Below the pieces are notes generated by a model. It worked only from the letters and a program-made list of their open reading frames with translations, searched no databases and was not told where the DNA came from. A program made the translations under genes and the position numbers. A stretch of 63,906 nt of DNA, filler included, from Aduncisulcus paluster (Eukaryota): assembly GCA_024181965.1 (NCBI GenBank). It is 4 parts of 4 records of this genome, joined end to end, with 100 filler letters (N's around TTAATTAATTAA, not from the genome) between each part and the next. Parts side by side here need not be neighbours in the genome. Positions count along the whole stretch, not along the records: positions 1 to 21,412 come from BQXS01010794.1; 3 more parts are not named here. One strand, written 5' to 3'. This document shows positions 1 to 15,000 of the stretch, in pieces; the stretch's first letter is position 1; every line of letters starts with the position of its first letter.

Positions 1-3000
1 AAATCATCTTCTTTCTCCTCTTCTTCTTTGAGTTCTTCCCATTTTTCCTCGTTTTCTTCCTCTGCTTCGCTTGTAGGTTCGTCTTCTTCATGTTTCTCCT
101 CTTCTTTCTCCTCTTCGTCTTCGCCTCCCAAATCATCATTATCTTCCTCTTCATTTCCGACCAGTTCACCCATATCCTCTCCATCATCAACACTTCTCTC
201 ATCTTCATACAAATTATCATCATTCTCTTCAAGTTCGTGTTGATCAAGTCGTTCGCCATCCTCTTGCTGGTCCTCACTATCCATATCTCTGTCAACGCTT
301 TCTTCTTCATCCTTTTCTTGGTCGCTTTGATCGTCATTTTCTTCCTCACGTTGCTCCATCGTGCCATCAAAATCTTGTTCCATATCAATCTCGTCTTCAT
401 CCTTGTTATCTTTTTGAACGTCTTCCTTCTCCTCTTCTTCAGCGCCTTCTTCCTCTCGATCGAATCCAAGGAGTTCATCTTCATCCAATTCCTGAGCGGC
501 TTCCTTACTAACGTTGTCATCACCACACTTATCATCATCACCAAAGCCACCAGCTTCACTTTCACCAATTCTCTCCTCTTCTTTCTTTTCTTCGTCTTCC
601 TCGTCTTCTTTCTTCTTTTCAGGAGCACAAAGTCCCTTAACCACAACAGGAAGGGCGAGAGAGGAGAGAGATCTGGAGAGTTGAAGCAAGCATGATGTAG
701 CAGATATCAGCACAGATACATATTGTCTTATCGAGGCCATGGACTCTGAAAGTATCTTGATACATTCGATAATCTGATCTTTTCTGGTCTCAAACAAGTG
801 ATCCATTGAAGGGTTTGATTGAGGAAGAAGGAAAATGTGTGGAAGAGAAACGGAAAGACCAGAACAAATGGAAGATAAAGTGTTTGCAAAATGAGAATGT
901 GAGAACAAAATCGAAGGACGTTCCAAATTTTCTTCATCATTTGATGACGACTCTGACTCAATTCTTGAATCCAAAACATCACATAAGAATGAAACACAAC
1001 CGAAAGAAGTGCAGTCAAATCGTTTCTTCAATTTCTTCTTGCGTTTTTTGTTTTCTTGATCATCTTCAGAATCTAATTTTAGAACTCGATCAACTCCAAC
1101 CGTACACACACGTTTAAGATCACAAATATCAGTTTGAAGAGATTTGATAAAGAATAAGAGTGGAGTGATCGACAAAGAAGAAGGAGAAGAAGAAGAAGAA
1201 GAAGATGACGAGTGGATTTTGTCCGTGGAATCATAGTTTGATGGGAATTCTATTTCTTTGATAATGGGTTTCAAAGCCTTGTCGACCTCCCGTAAGGTCT
1301 TTGTGATGACACCACCAAGCCCACTTCTGCAAACGGCACTCTCAGAAACACACGAACGAACTTGCTTCAAGCATGTTTGGATGTTAGAAACAATGTTACA
1401 GCATTCAGCAGGGTAAATATGATATTGAGAATCGTCTGAAAGAGCCAATAATTCATCACACAGCTCAGAAAGTCGAGAGATGTGAACAAACAAATCAGAT
1501 GGAATCGAAATGATACGTTTCACACGATCAATGTGAGCACAGAGTTCGGAAACAGAAGAACTTGCCACGCCAAGATTTGAAGAATTTCCCATGACAATTC
1601 GTTTTAAGTTGCTGTAAAACATCAGACTTGAGGAATGTGTTGAATCACCACACTTGTAATCGGAAGAATCAGAAACAAACTGCTTCAAATTATCAGTAAA
1701 AATGTTCAAGACCCGAAGATTTCTTTCCATTTCTCTCAACCTTTGAAGAGATCTCAATGCATTAGTGTTGAGATATTTACATCGCATGATAATTCCTCGA
1801 TAGATTGACATTCCAATATCCTTATGGACAAGGGATTCAGCTTGAGTGAGCATGCTTAGGGCGATGGATGAAGAGGACATGATCGAAAGTAAGTACTGAC
1901 GGGCAGAAGATTGGGAGAATATGGACTCTGAAGGAGTAAATGAATTAGCAATACGACCCGGGTTAGAAAGATAAGATGGGATAACCTCCATCTCAGCGAA
2001 TATATCAACAGATTGCTCCGAAAATGAGACATTGGGGGTGTCTTTCTGATATCTCGAAATTCCACATGTATCCAAGAGATCAAGCACAGATTTCAGAGCA
2101 CGTTGACGTTGGTGTTTGTTTTCTTGTCCAGTCTTCATGCGAACTATAAGACGCCTTATTGTATTCAACGTAAGGGTGAGACTATTGCAAGCACGCAAGA
2201 CAGTGTGAGATACATCTTGTTCGATGTATTTCTGGACTTGTGACATTGAAGATTGCTCTTCTGGTTTTGGGCTGAGAATTCCAATATCCTTCAGATGAAC
2301 ACATTCAATCGTAAAATTTTTCTCAAATCGTTTCATTGTGATAACATTCACAGAAGTATCAAGGATCTCACACCAATCTCTGATCATAGATGTCAATTGC
2401 TGTTGCTGACGGCTAGCACTCTTGCGAATAATGTTCATATTCTTGCTATCCCATGTAATGTGGAGTTTGGCCTGATCAAGTATCAATTTCTTAATCTTTT
2501 GTTTCTCAGATTCTAAAAATAGTTGCACATCAGCCATCAAGAATCGCATGTCATTGCTGACACCACAACAAACAGACCCAGAAACACCCAAGAAAGAGCC
2601 TAATAATATCTTTTCCTCAGAAATGGGCTGCCTCTCTCCCTGTCGCCTCAAAGAGATTCCAGACAAAATCATATACTTTCCAATAGTGTTTGTCACACTC
2701 ACTCGGGCTGCAAAACCACCGACTGACCCATCCATACAATACTTTCTGACACATTCATACACAGCTTCATTAAGATTGTTGATATACAATGAGAATTCAG
2801 TTGGAGATACCGACAATATTGGATCATCGCTTTCCTTGGATGGATTGCAATGATTTCCTATACTGTCGTCAGATTTCAAGGAAGTAATATCCGAGACTTT
2901 GTCAATGCAGGCGTTGAGAATCGTTTGATAAAGATCCCACCATTCTCCTCTTCCTCGTTTCCTGTAATCTCTCCGGGCACTCTCAAGAAGACCCTCCCAA

Positions 3001-6000
3001 GAACTTCCTTCAGCTCTTCTCCATCTCCTTATAATATCTTCAATTTCACGCTTCACGCCTGTTCCATCATACACAGAGGTAGAGCCAGATTCGATCGAGG
3101 ACTGCTGCGTCTCTTCGGAGCTTCTTGTAGAGATAAAAATGCTATACAAGCTCCCACCGCGCCCACGTTTGTCGTATTCAACACACTGGACGTAGAGCAT
3201 CTCGAGACCAGTCAAGGCCTTGCTCAAAGGAGTATGAGATGACGGAAGGAACAAGAGCTGATTACAAAGACTCAGGAGGAGTTTAAGAACTGCGTGACGA
3301 GGGAAGAAAATCATCAGGGCAGCAATTCTTCCCTTAATCTTGTTCACAGGAGATACGAGGAGTTTCAACTCAGAGAGGGGTGCTGGGTGACGATATGGAT
3401 CATACAGACCGTGTTGAATACTCTCAAGCATCTCAGTTACCTTCTTTCTCCTCTTCTTCTTTCCGTGCCAAGCACCTCGTCTCTTCCTCTTCTTCTTGCT
3501 CTTCTTGGTGGAAGCATCAGTATTTTCATTTGTAGGCAACACAGCTTCAATTGATTGCAGAGTTCCAACATCGAGTTCATTAATGGTAATGTTGTCAAGA
3601 GTTTGATCATCTTCTTCCATTTCAATCAGTCCTTCTTCCTCATCTTCTTCCTCATTCACACGAACACCACACTCCATGTGTTTTTGAACACTGGCAACAC
3701 ATTCGAGTGCAACCTGACGACAATTCTCACTCAGTCCGCTTCTTGGGAGAATCAAAGAGGATACGTCGGCAAAAAGATCAGCAAAATCAATAGCAGAGTC
3801 TGTGATTGTTTGCGGGGCGATCGTGTATGTAGATATTCCACATACGAGATCATGGACGGCCTTCAATATCTTATTGGCAGCCTTAACTGTAGCAGAAGGA
3901 GCCGACACTCTCAGAAGACCAAGAGAATCCAATCTTTCCTGCTCAGCTGTTTGAGTTTCTTCAAACTGTCTCCTTTCATCGATCTGAGCAAGACCAGTGG
4001 TCCCGGCAGCATATCCTTCCTCAACAATACTGCCTGAGCCAGTGACATTGAAACTATTGGTGTATGTGGGGAACAAAAGCATTGCCTGGGCTTTGATGTC
4101 ATCACCATCCGTGGCGGCATTGTCGGAATCGTCAGTCTTGAAGTGACCACGATGACGGAATAGAGAAGCTGCTTCATCTTCTTGGCGCTTCTCTTCTTTA
4201 CGCAGACTACGAACTGCGGTCGTGAAATCATTAACATGGGAGAATATCGATAAAATAGATTTGTCTGAGCGTGATTTCGCACACACAGAACATACACGGG
4301 CAAAATATGACACATAGCCCAATGGAGAAGTGAAATCTGACAGCTTTTTGTGAGGGTGTGAGTGTGTCAAGGGAATGCTGGATGTGAGCATCAAGCTTTC
4401 ACGTTGACGATGCTGTACCACATCACCGACATAAGCACAGACGGAACCAGCAACAATGCAGATTCCCGTCTTCCAAAGAGAAACAGCTCCTTGCAGAGGA
4501 ACGATCGTTTCATTGTAATACAACATATCAGCATCACGGGTAACGTTACGCTCAAAAGATGATATTCCAAGTGTTAAAGTCTCACACAAAGAATAAATAT
4601 CCCTAACTTTTGAGGAAAGATAATGACCGATGGAAACAGGATCATCGAGATCTATTGATACAAAATGACCAATCAAATCGGTACAAAGCTCAAAGAAATG
4701 CCGTAATCTTTCAACACCACAAGAAACTTTCAAACGGGTACATTCGCTAGAGATTGAAGGGAATAACGACATCGATGCGGGTCTTTGACGATCCATGCTA
4801 GTCTGAGTTTCAACTTTCTCCCGAACATCTTGTTCCATTTGCTTCAACTGATGGTGATGGGGGGCAATTCGACCCACATATGTCTCAATATCTGAACATT
4901 CTTCCTCTGCAGAACAGATATCCATGCACACTGCCTGAAGCTCACTTGAAGCACTCTGAGAAACTAAAAATGGATCAGTGTGAGTTTTGGGGGCAAGAAG
5001 CAAGAATCTGACAAATCCAACAAAAGATACAATCAATCCAAGCCGGAATATGATGAGCCATTGTTGTAAAGACGAGGATAAGATTGCAGAATCACTTTCA
5101 CATGCACAAAGAGGATCTAAACATGTCAAAAGGGCATCACACATTTCAAAAACTTGATTTTTATCTTGCTCACGAACACTATGTTTCAGTGTAGAAATAA
5201 CATGGGATAATTTTGTAGATTTTGAGAAACTTTCGATAATGTCATCATCAGTGAGGTCAGGGATCAAATATCTGAGATTAAGGGACAGAATTTTCACAAA
5301 CACATTGCTTGAATTGCATATTTGTTCTCGAATAGAGAGTGTATCGGCAAGACAGACAAGATCACCCATGCTCTGAAGACTTTTCCTTCCGCTTTCACTA
5401 TCACATACAGCACAAAGACCTACTCCAGTGCCACAAACAGAGCAGACATATGCACTCGTGGCTGCTGTAAACAACTGCATTGGGGGCAGAAATACACGCG
5501 ACAATTCAGCAGGAAGATCGGAGATAACAGTGTGACTCGAGGGCGAGAGAGATCTACAGAATGATGGTGCTCCAATAAGATGAGTCAAGTTTACACCACG
5601 ATCTAAAAGAGATTCAAGAGAAAAATGTGTTTTCTGTTTCACCATTTCATTCAAGACGGAACTTGTTTTTGATTCATCTTCAGCTTTAGCATTATCACTA
5701 CCGTCTGCATGGTAATCGCCCTTCATTCTTGCATTTTGTTCCTCAAAGGTCTCAAAGAAGGCAACTCTGACCTCATCGTTATCCTCTTCATCTTCCTCAT
5801 ACATCTTGGCTCTTGGAGAACGTTGAGCCTCGGCACGGTGAACAAGGGGTGGGAACAAAGTGTGAGCACGGTGTACAGAATCAGATGACTGGGAATACAG
5901 CGTGACACGGTGCCATACAGTGGAGAATAGAGATGAGGATAATGAAATAGACATCAGAGCAGCAATCACAGAGGAGTGAACACGATTGGCTATCTCATCT

Positions 6001-9000
6001 TGATCATTTCTGTCCAGATGGAGAGCATTGAGGAAGTGAAGCATATCAGAAGAAGGTATTAGGGAAGCAATTTGACTCTTTCGACCAGAAGCCACAACCC
6101 TCTGAAGGTGATCTCTCTCTCTTATGCACCAGAGAGCATAATCATCCTCACTATAGATTTGGAATGTAGTATCAGAGCCAGAGCATTGGTCCTCGCTTCC
6201 AAAAACATTGACAGCCTCACCAAGACGACGGCCTAAACGAGTCTTGAGCACACTGACGCTTGTCTTCTCGATCTGAGAGTGGATCAGACCATGCATTTGA
6301 TCAATACCTTTCTCAACACCACGTTTAGCTTTTCTATTTTTAGATATTCCAATGCTGCTCAGAGCATACAACTCCTCAAAGTTCTTTCTTGTCGATGGGG
6401 AGAGGAAAAGAATAGAGAGAGATGGATCTTCAGAAAAAATATCAAATGCATGATCGCAAGAAGACAAAGTCACAGGAAGACGTTTGGAAATAGATATCTT
6501 TGGGGCATTTTGACCTTCTTCACCTTCACAAGCATGTTGTTCTCTTGTACTTTCACTTGAGAGATGATTCCATGAAGAGAAAACTTGTCTCACAGAGTGC
6601 TGAGACTGAGTAAAAGAGGTGAACCATTTCTCAGATCCCCACAAAGACTCATAGACACCTTCACCAGACAGAGACATGTGGACAAGATTATTATACAGAG
6701 AAATCAATCTTGAGAAACTCTCAATCTCTTTTCCCTCATGAACTGACTCAAGCTCAGACACACACTTCTCTACGCAATCGCATATCCATTCAACTTCACC
6801 TGTAGCATAACTGAGGGAGTGGAACAAAGAAGACATTGCGGCAAGCAAAGAGATGATACTTTCGTGCTTCAACAGATCAGAATGAGCAATCATAAGAATT
6901 AACTGAAGGAAAACAAGCTGGGTGCACGATATGAGGGCAAGAGAAGCCTTCAATTGTGCTTCCACCTGTTCACTGCGAATGGAATCGTTCTCTTCATATT
7001 TGTCAACTCGAGGAAGAGGAAGAATAATAAGTGAAATAAGACGAGCGACTAAAATAACAAATAACATCCAGTGTCTATTTTTGGAGCCATATTGAGAAGG
7101 AAAACGAGATATTCTTTCAGCGACAGACAATAAAATGTGAATAACATTTTGAATGGGAGTTCCACACAAGGATGCAAGAGGATGGGTGTTGAAATGTGTC
7201 GAAAACATTGGAGATAATATTGAAAACTCACTGATAGATGTTGTAATATCTTGACTTGCCCTTGGTTGAACAACAGTGTCTGAGAATGAGAATTTTATGA
7301 ACAATTGAGAGAGCAAAAGAATGGCATTTCCAACAAAAGAGTTGTCTTCAAACTTGACATCAATAACGATTGAAGGAATGGTCTGGAATCGTTGGAGGAG
7401 ACCATCTTTATGTAATTGGCTCTCCAATAGTTCTAATGTTTCATGTACAGATGGCAGAGTAGATTGGATATCTTCAGAACAATAAGGTACTTCAGATACA
7501 ATTAAGGGAAGGAAAGAAAGAACAAAGGGAACCAGGGATTGAACATGGCTTAATTTCCGAGCAAACAGAGCAGAATTGACCACTTCATTAAACACAATGG
7601 GTTGGATAATGTTATATATACTCTGAGGGTAATTTAATAGGGTTAATCCGTGATCTTCAACACATTCGGTCAATTCAGAGTTATCAACAATAAGTTTGGA
7701 ACGTAAGGTCATGTTATTATTCCAAACAATCTTAAACATTGATGACATTTGCTTTGGGAACAAGGAAGAGAGACTATTCACCAATCTCTGACACATCCGA
7801 ACACAGACTCTAGTCAATTCTGCACTCGTCAGCAAAGGAATAATTGAGTCATATAAGCAATCAATGCCCATTGTTAAGAACTCTCTGAACGATATCTCAG
7901 CAATGGCATTTCCATTAGCACTGCCATTGTGATTGGCATGTTTGGAATATATCCCATTCCACGTCTTACTTAACCATCTGTCAAGAACAGACACACTGCG
8001 GACGTTTTGGAGGCAAGACAGGTATGTCACAGCAGACAACATGTTCTTACCCCATGAATCAACACAAGAATGAACACAAGACATGCATAGGTGCACGCAC
8101 TGAGCAAGGAAAGGGGATGGAAGTGATAAAATGGAACATAATAGCATGAATGAAGGATGTGGAGAGTCAGGAGAAAAAGTAGGGGTTGGAAGTAGTGATG
8201 ACAAAATTCTATTGGCTTTCCTCTCATCACCATCAATTTCTTCCTCGTTTTCCTCGTTATCTTGCTCCTCACGAACTTCACTGAGATCAGAAGACTCTTC
8301 ATCATCATCTTGCTCTTCCTCTTCTTCCTCTTCTTCTTGGCCGTAATTGGATGAGAAAGTCGATTCATTAATTTCTTTTTCCTCACCCATAACAGGAACA
8401 TTAATTTCAACACACCGATTCCTCAGGGCTCTACTAACATCACCGGAGCTATCAATAGCATTACTAATAAGGATAACACGAAAGAGAGGGTGGGGATGCA
8501 CTGTATATGTGTGTTGAGAATCCTCATCGCCTTCAACACTTCCACGTTCGTGGATACGCATAATCCCACCACGTTCTAAGAGACCATTAAGACGATCACA
8601 CACAGCGGGAGGACACATGTCAATCCCTTCAATGATACACCACATTCCTCGCTTTGCACAGGTGACGAGAGGACCATCTTCCCATTGGAATATGGAGCCT
8701 TCAGAAGGGGTTGTGGATGAAGATATACATTCTTCCCCTTCTTCGCAATGATCTCCTTGATCCTCTCCTTTGTTTTCCTCTTCTTTCTCATTGTCTTTGT
8801 GCTTGGGTGGCCTGATAAAGGTACTTTCAGCGATCAATTCATCAAGAACACTGGCTGTGGCCTCAATATCAGGAATTGGGGGTGTGGAAAGCATGAGAGA
8901 ATTGAATTTAGACAATAATTCCTCTCCCTTTTGACCGCCGTGTTGTTTAACGACTAATAAAAGGGAAGTGAGTTGATCATGCATTGTAGAATAACTGGAC

Positions 9001-12000
9001 ACTTGCTCAAGCAGCTTCCTGGGTGAAAAAGGAAGAGTGAAAGAGAGAGATGCTGAGAATTGCTGCAGAATATCATTGACACGAGTAAGGACACACGATA
9101 TGGCATCAGTGGAAGGGATGTGACAAATACAAGAAGTCAAAGCACGTGATGCATGATCAAATGCATCACAAGATAAAGAATCTTTCTTCGAAATCACATT
9201 GTCCATCTCAGAGTTCAGAATAGTTGACCACCATTGTACTTGACGCATCAATCCTTCTCCAATTTGTCGTAAATCCTCACACACTCCTCTGGCTATCTTT
9301 ACAATATCTCTCTGTGTGAATCCACCGACAATGTCACACACGTCACTCTCTCCATGAAGAACAAGAGTGTGTGTGGGCATCTTTGTTACCTGAGAAAGGA
9401 AAGATATGATGTTGCTCTTGCCACTGTTGCTTCTTCCAGTCAAAAGAATCGGAAGAGAAGAGGATAGGGATAAAACAGCACAATGGAATAGATGGAAATG
9501 AGACATGAGAGGTAATTTGGGTGGGATTTGAGAAGAAAAGAAAGGAGAATAGAGAGAGAAATTACGATAAGAGACGGTTCCCACCTTAATAACATAACCA
9601 CAATCAGCTCCATCGTGATCTACACTTGACACAATATTTGAGGAATTGTTCAAATTCTTGAGAACATTGCCAGACAAGTGGAGAGATGGGAAGAAAGATA
9701 CATATTTATAATACCAAAACTCATATCCAGGAATATCGTCAGAACCAAGCATTTGTTTGAGACAAGAGGAAGCAAATGAATCAACAATCCGACGAACTTT
9801 CATACGATCTTTCGTGGTTCTGAATCGCACGGGAAGCATTGACTTTGCGATCGTGAATGCTTTGTACCAGAACTTCAGCATCTTTTCCTTTGAATCTACT
9901 CCCATTTGTTTGATATATTCATCTTTTATGATAATATCATACCATCTCAAGACGTCACGAAGATTCATTTCCCAAGGCTCACCAATGATCCCAATCTCTC
10001 GCGTCTTAATCCTATCAGCAATCCCAAGCACACAATCGAGCATGCTCTCACGAAGGATCGGACAGAGCTCACTGCACACACACTCAAGGACATGAATCAT
10101 ATCAGAATGGGTGAGATGATCGACATACACTTGGGTAAAACGGTTGATAAATGACTGGGGAAGACCTTTACGACCTCCTCCTTCGCATAAAGGGTTTTGT
10201 GTGGCGAAGACTCGGAATGTTGGGGGACACTGGAAGGATTCATTCAATTCAGGAACAAACACAGTGCTTCGATGGTCGAGAAGGGAATTGAGTCCCTCTA
10301 AAACCTGTTGAGGGGCAAGATTGATTTCATCCAGGAGCACCCAAGTGTTCCCTTCCTTGATAGCTCTCAATACAGGACCATCATGCCACTTGAAACATAT
10401 CTTGTGTTCTTGGAGATCATGTGATGACTTGTCCGATGTTCCCTTTGGATCTAAATCACCAGAATTTGAACTACTTGGAAGATCACATCCCATAAGATCA
10501 GCAAGATCGGTCTGGTCACTCAAATTGATCCGAACTAAGCGACATCCACAGACAGCGGCCATAGCAGCAACAAGGGCACTCTTACCCACTCCAGGGCTTC
10601 CTTCGAGCAAAATGGCCTTGTGCAGCATCATGGCACGGCAGATTCTCATTGTATTCATGGCAGTTGTTGGTGGATTGAATGAGAATGTCGTAAGAGAAGG
10701 CATCTGTTTGTGTGTAGTTTCAAGACAGAAAGGTCCAACCGAGAAATAAACAGAAAGTTTGGGTATTGGTTCCTCATGATTAGTTTGAGAAGGAGGACAC
10801 AAAATACACTCACATTTGAGAGGAATCTCCTCAGATGAACGTGTGACAATGATCTTATCTTCACCACTCTCATCTTTTCCAAATGTAACATTTCCTGCAA
10901 GAAGCTTGATGTTCTTATCATCAAATGAGCATTCACGGGTAATCAATTCTTTTATAACATCAGATTCAAGAGAATAAATATCTTTGCACACATGTTTAAT
11001 TGCTGAAAATAGACACGTAAAGCCTTGTTCGATACACATGGAATGAAGTTGAGACGTATGAGTGAACGATAGTCCAGTTCGTTGTGGAAGCCCATCCATA
11101 AACACGAGTGATAGAGCATGAATGAAAGTGGGCAATAATCTCATCCTTGATTCAGACATTCGATGTTCTTCGCCCTCTTTTGCTTCTCCTTCTTTCTCTC
11201 CATTCCAACTTCCAATCCTTCTCTGATTCGACAATAAAGCTCCACACAGTTCACTCCCACTAAGAACATCTCTAACACTCACATTCATGCGACCAAACTG
11301 TCCAGCCTTCGTCATAGAGTGAAGCCACACAAAGAAGCAAGAGAAAGCATGCGTTATGATATCGAGCAAGAGAGAAGATGTTATCGATTCATCATGATTC
11401 CAGGTTCCGACACTCACAGAATCAACGTATTTCCTCATTTTCACACTCATAATAAGCCGAACATCCTCGGCATTCTCAATGGCAGTGACCCACACGGCAC
11501 ACATCCTATTGTTGAGGGCTGGTGATAACTCTTTCTTTCCATAATCGCCACTAGGGTTCATTGTAGCACAAAAACGGAAGTGAGGGTGAGCGACAAGAAC
11601 CTCAGTGGTGTCAGATTTTTGATTCGATGATCCGGTGTTGCTCTTCTCAGCAAGAGTAAGAGTACGATCAGGCTCAAGAACTGAGTTTATACGCTCGAGA
11701 ACAGCATCTTCAGCGTTGTTGATCTCATCGATCATGAACACATTTCCGTTGCGCATAGAAAGCACGAGGGGACCATCATACCATTGGAAGAGCATTGAAT
11801 GCACTGAAATCAGAGTGTCAACAAGACAGGATATTCCTGAAATAATTGGTGACAAGTTATATTCTGAACAGAAAGAAGAAAGACAGGATAGATCTGCGGT
11901 GATATTGGCTCTGGCTTGAGAAAATGAAGGATGGCAATGGTGATACGTGCATGAAGACATATGAAAGAATGAAGATTGAAGTTGGGAAATAATCAAATNN

Positions 12001-15000
12001 NNNNNNNNNNNNNNNNNNCTGAAATAATTGGTGACAAGTTATATTCTGAACAGAAAGAAGAAAGACAGGATAGATCTGCGGTGATATTGGCTCTGGCTTG
12101 AGAAAATGAAGGATGGCAATGGTGATACGTGCATGAAGACATATGAAAGAATGAAGATTGAAGTTGGGAAATAATCAAATTCATCCATTTCGATAATATC
12201 TGAACATCTTCCTCCTTGTGATCAGAAATAAGTCCAGAGAAATCAGAGCATGTTTGAGAAAGATCTCTATAATTAGAAATAACAGACTCCAAAGAATGGT
12301 GAGAGGAAGGTTCTTGTTCCTCTTCTTGTCCTTCTTGTTCTTTCTCAGAATGAGCTATATTTAGAGCAGAAATAGCGAGGACAAAGTCATGAAGAGCCTG
12401 GTATAACGATAATATCCCATCTTCAATCTCTCTTCTCCCTCTGAAAGGACGAACTCCTCCAATGATATCACTGGTCTCAGTGTGCTGATGAGCGTTTAGA
12501 ATGGTCAAAGGGTTAATCAAAGATTGGTTAATTTGTTTTATAGTTTCATCTTTCATATTTTGTTCCTCTTCTTCTTCATCCTTGGACTCTGAACCCTGTT
12601 TGAAGGAAGCCTTATGTTTTTCCATGAGAACAGCACTAACGAGCTGGATAATAGTTGTTTTCCCACCACCAGTGGGTCCAATCAGAAGAGGAGCTTCGTT
12701 ACACTCACTTAACAGCCACCATACAACACTGTAGGCTCTTTTCATAGCCTTAGTCCAGACGATACTTGTATATGGCATCAACAACGGATAAGTAAGCTTA
12801 TCAAAGGGAACAGATGCATCCTCCTCAGTAATGCACACAGCAAGCATATTCCTCACATCTTTAGTGTGCTCATCATAGAGCTCGTCAGTGTTCAGGTTAG
12901 GACATATACCTTTGGAATTGAGGCGTTCTTTCCAATTGCCTTTCTTATCGTCTCTGTCCATCATGAAACACCATTTCTCGATGATGCTTTTGACTCTGGC
13001 TCTCCAAGCTTCATTCCTCTGACGTTCGACAAGAACAAAGAAAGATGCAACACATAGATCGCGTTCATTGGTGATGTTACGTTCGGCTATCCTGAACATA
13101 TCTCTGAGAGTGAGTGAGCTAGAGCTTGTGGTGCTGTTGTGACTGCCATTCTGTTTGTTTCCTTTCAAATTACTGCTGCTAGGGGCACCACGACCACGAC
13201 CACCAGCCAGAACCCCAAGGGATGTACTGTCGCTGCTTGTGCTCTGAGATGTAAGACCGAGATCCATTCTGCCTTGTCCTTCCATGCTCTCCCAGGTCCT
13301 TTCTCTAACAAGTTCACGACGGACGTTCACAAGAATCTCACCGTATTTATGTGCTAGAGAACATTTATCGTGTAAAATAGAAATGATATCAAAGTCGGAG
13401 ATGGAAGAGAAATGAAGTTCAACAAACCGATTTCTGAAGGCTCGACTCAACTCTTTTCGACCCCCATAAATACCACTGGGGTTCTGTGTTGCGAATAGCT
13501 TGAATGAAGGATGTGGTTTGACATACTCACCCGTGGCTGGTATGAATAACTCCCTGTTATCATCAAGGAGACGGTTGAGGGCTTCAAGAACTTCAGATGG
13601 GGCCAGATTCAACTCATCGAGAACAACCCAGGCTCCAGTTTTCATAGCACGCACAAGAGGACCTTCAAAATATTCTATTCTGGCGCTCTCTGTCATAACA
13701 TATCTTCCCACATATTCCTCAAGGTCGGTTTGTTCGTGGTTATTGATTCGAATAAAAGCATTTCCAGTCACCTTGGCCAGATATTTCACAATGCTGGTCT
13801 TTCCTGCAGATGTGGGACCTTCAAGTAATATGGGATATTGACCACACTCGACTGCACGCGATAATTCTTTCAGTTTCCCGAATGCACAGTCAGTGAGGAT
13901 AAATGTAGGATCGACCAATGACACATTAGGACCGCGAGGATGGAAGAATCCTCCGACATGCACGTATCTAGCATGTTGGGAGGCAACATCATCAATAGCA
14001 TCTTGGCCAAGACTGACGCTCTGCATCGAACTTCTCTCAAGAGCCGTCTTAATATTAGAAAGGGAGAAAGAATCTGATTCGCAACCATCCAAGGTCTTAA
14101 CGTCAGAAGGAACGGGTCTAACTGGAACATTAAGCTTTATGACACCACTGGAACTTCCTTTCTTCTTCTTTGTGGCAGTACCCAAGGAGATGTGAAGGTT
14201 GTTGATCAAGTTTTGGATAAGAGGTTTTGATTCATCACTCAACTGAGAGAGGAAATGAAGGGAGAAAGCGTCGTCAACGGCATAGAATCGACCTGCCCCT
14301 CCACATCCTTCACCATAAACATTAACAGCATAATCCTTGATGTATCGCAGAGTTCTACTGTAATTTCTAAGAGAGAAAGACACACTTTTCCCACTTGTGT
14401 CTGAGAGAGAATGACTGGAACAAAGGTCGAGGGAGGCTCTGAATATGTCAACGAAATGGGATAGATATTGCGGGCAAAATGATGAGCCCTCGAGGTAGCT
14501 CTCTGTCAAAGTCATGAGATCAGACACGCTTGTCATCATTCCGACATAAATCTCAGAGAAACACTCTCTCACGTTCGCAGGAAGAGAGGATTTACCTACG
14601 TCTGTGGCAGGATTCATGGCGGCAAAGAGACGGAATGAAGGGTGACGAACTATATCTTGATTGTCTCCTCGTTCAGTTACAAGTAAGGAACCTGAAGATG
14701 ACTCAATTAGTGAATTAAGACGGAACAAAAGAGCAGGCGGGGCAAGATTGATCTCGTCAAGGAGGATCCAGTTACCACGTTGTACAGCTGACACGAGAGA
14801 ACCTTCAATGAATTTAAAGACGGGTCTTCTCACAGCGACTTGAGCTGATGAAGAGGAAGAGGAAGATAATGTGGATTGAACTCCAGCAGTGGCAGTGTCA
14901 ATATGATCATCTTTTTCTTCTTCTTGTCTCGTTTCATCACTGGTCGTGTGATATTGAAGAAATACCTTTGGAAGCATCTCTTGAAGCGATAGTACTTCAT

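Noticed and set aside
28-11919. Numerous short ORFs across 1-12 kb
   Set aside because: They are antisense or off-frame shadows of the midasin CDS, which the track missed because it has no stop in the window.
11837-12180. Tandem duplication or split midasin (trans-splicing as in Giardia)
   Set aside because: Exact overlap around a 20-N gap; collapsing it restores the frame and no splice signals are needed.
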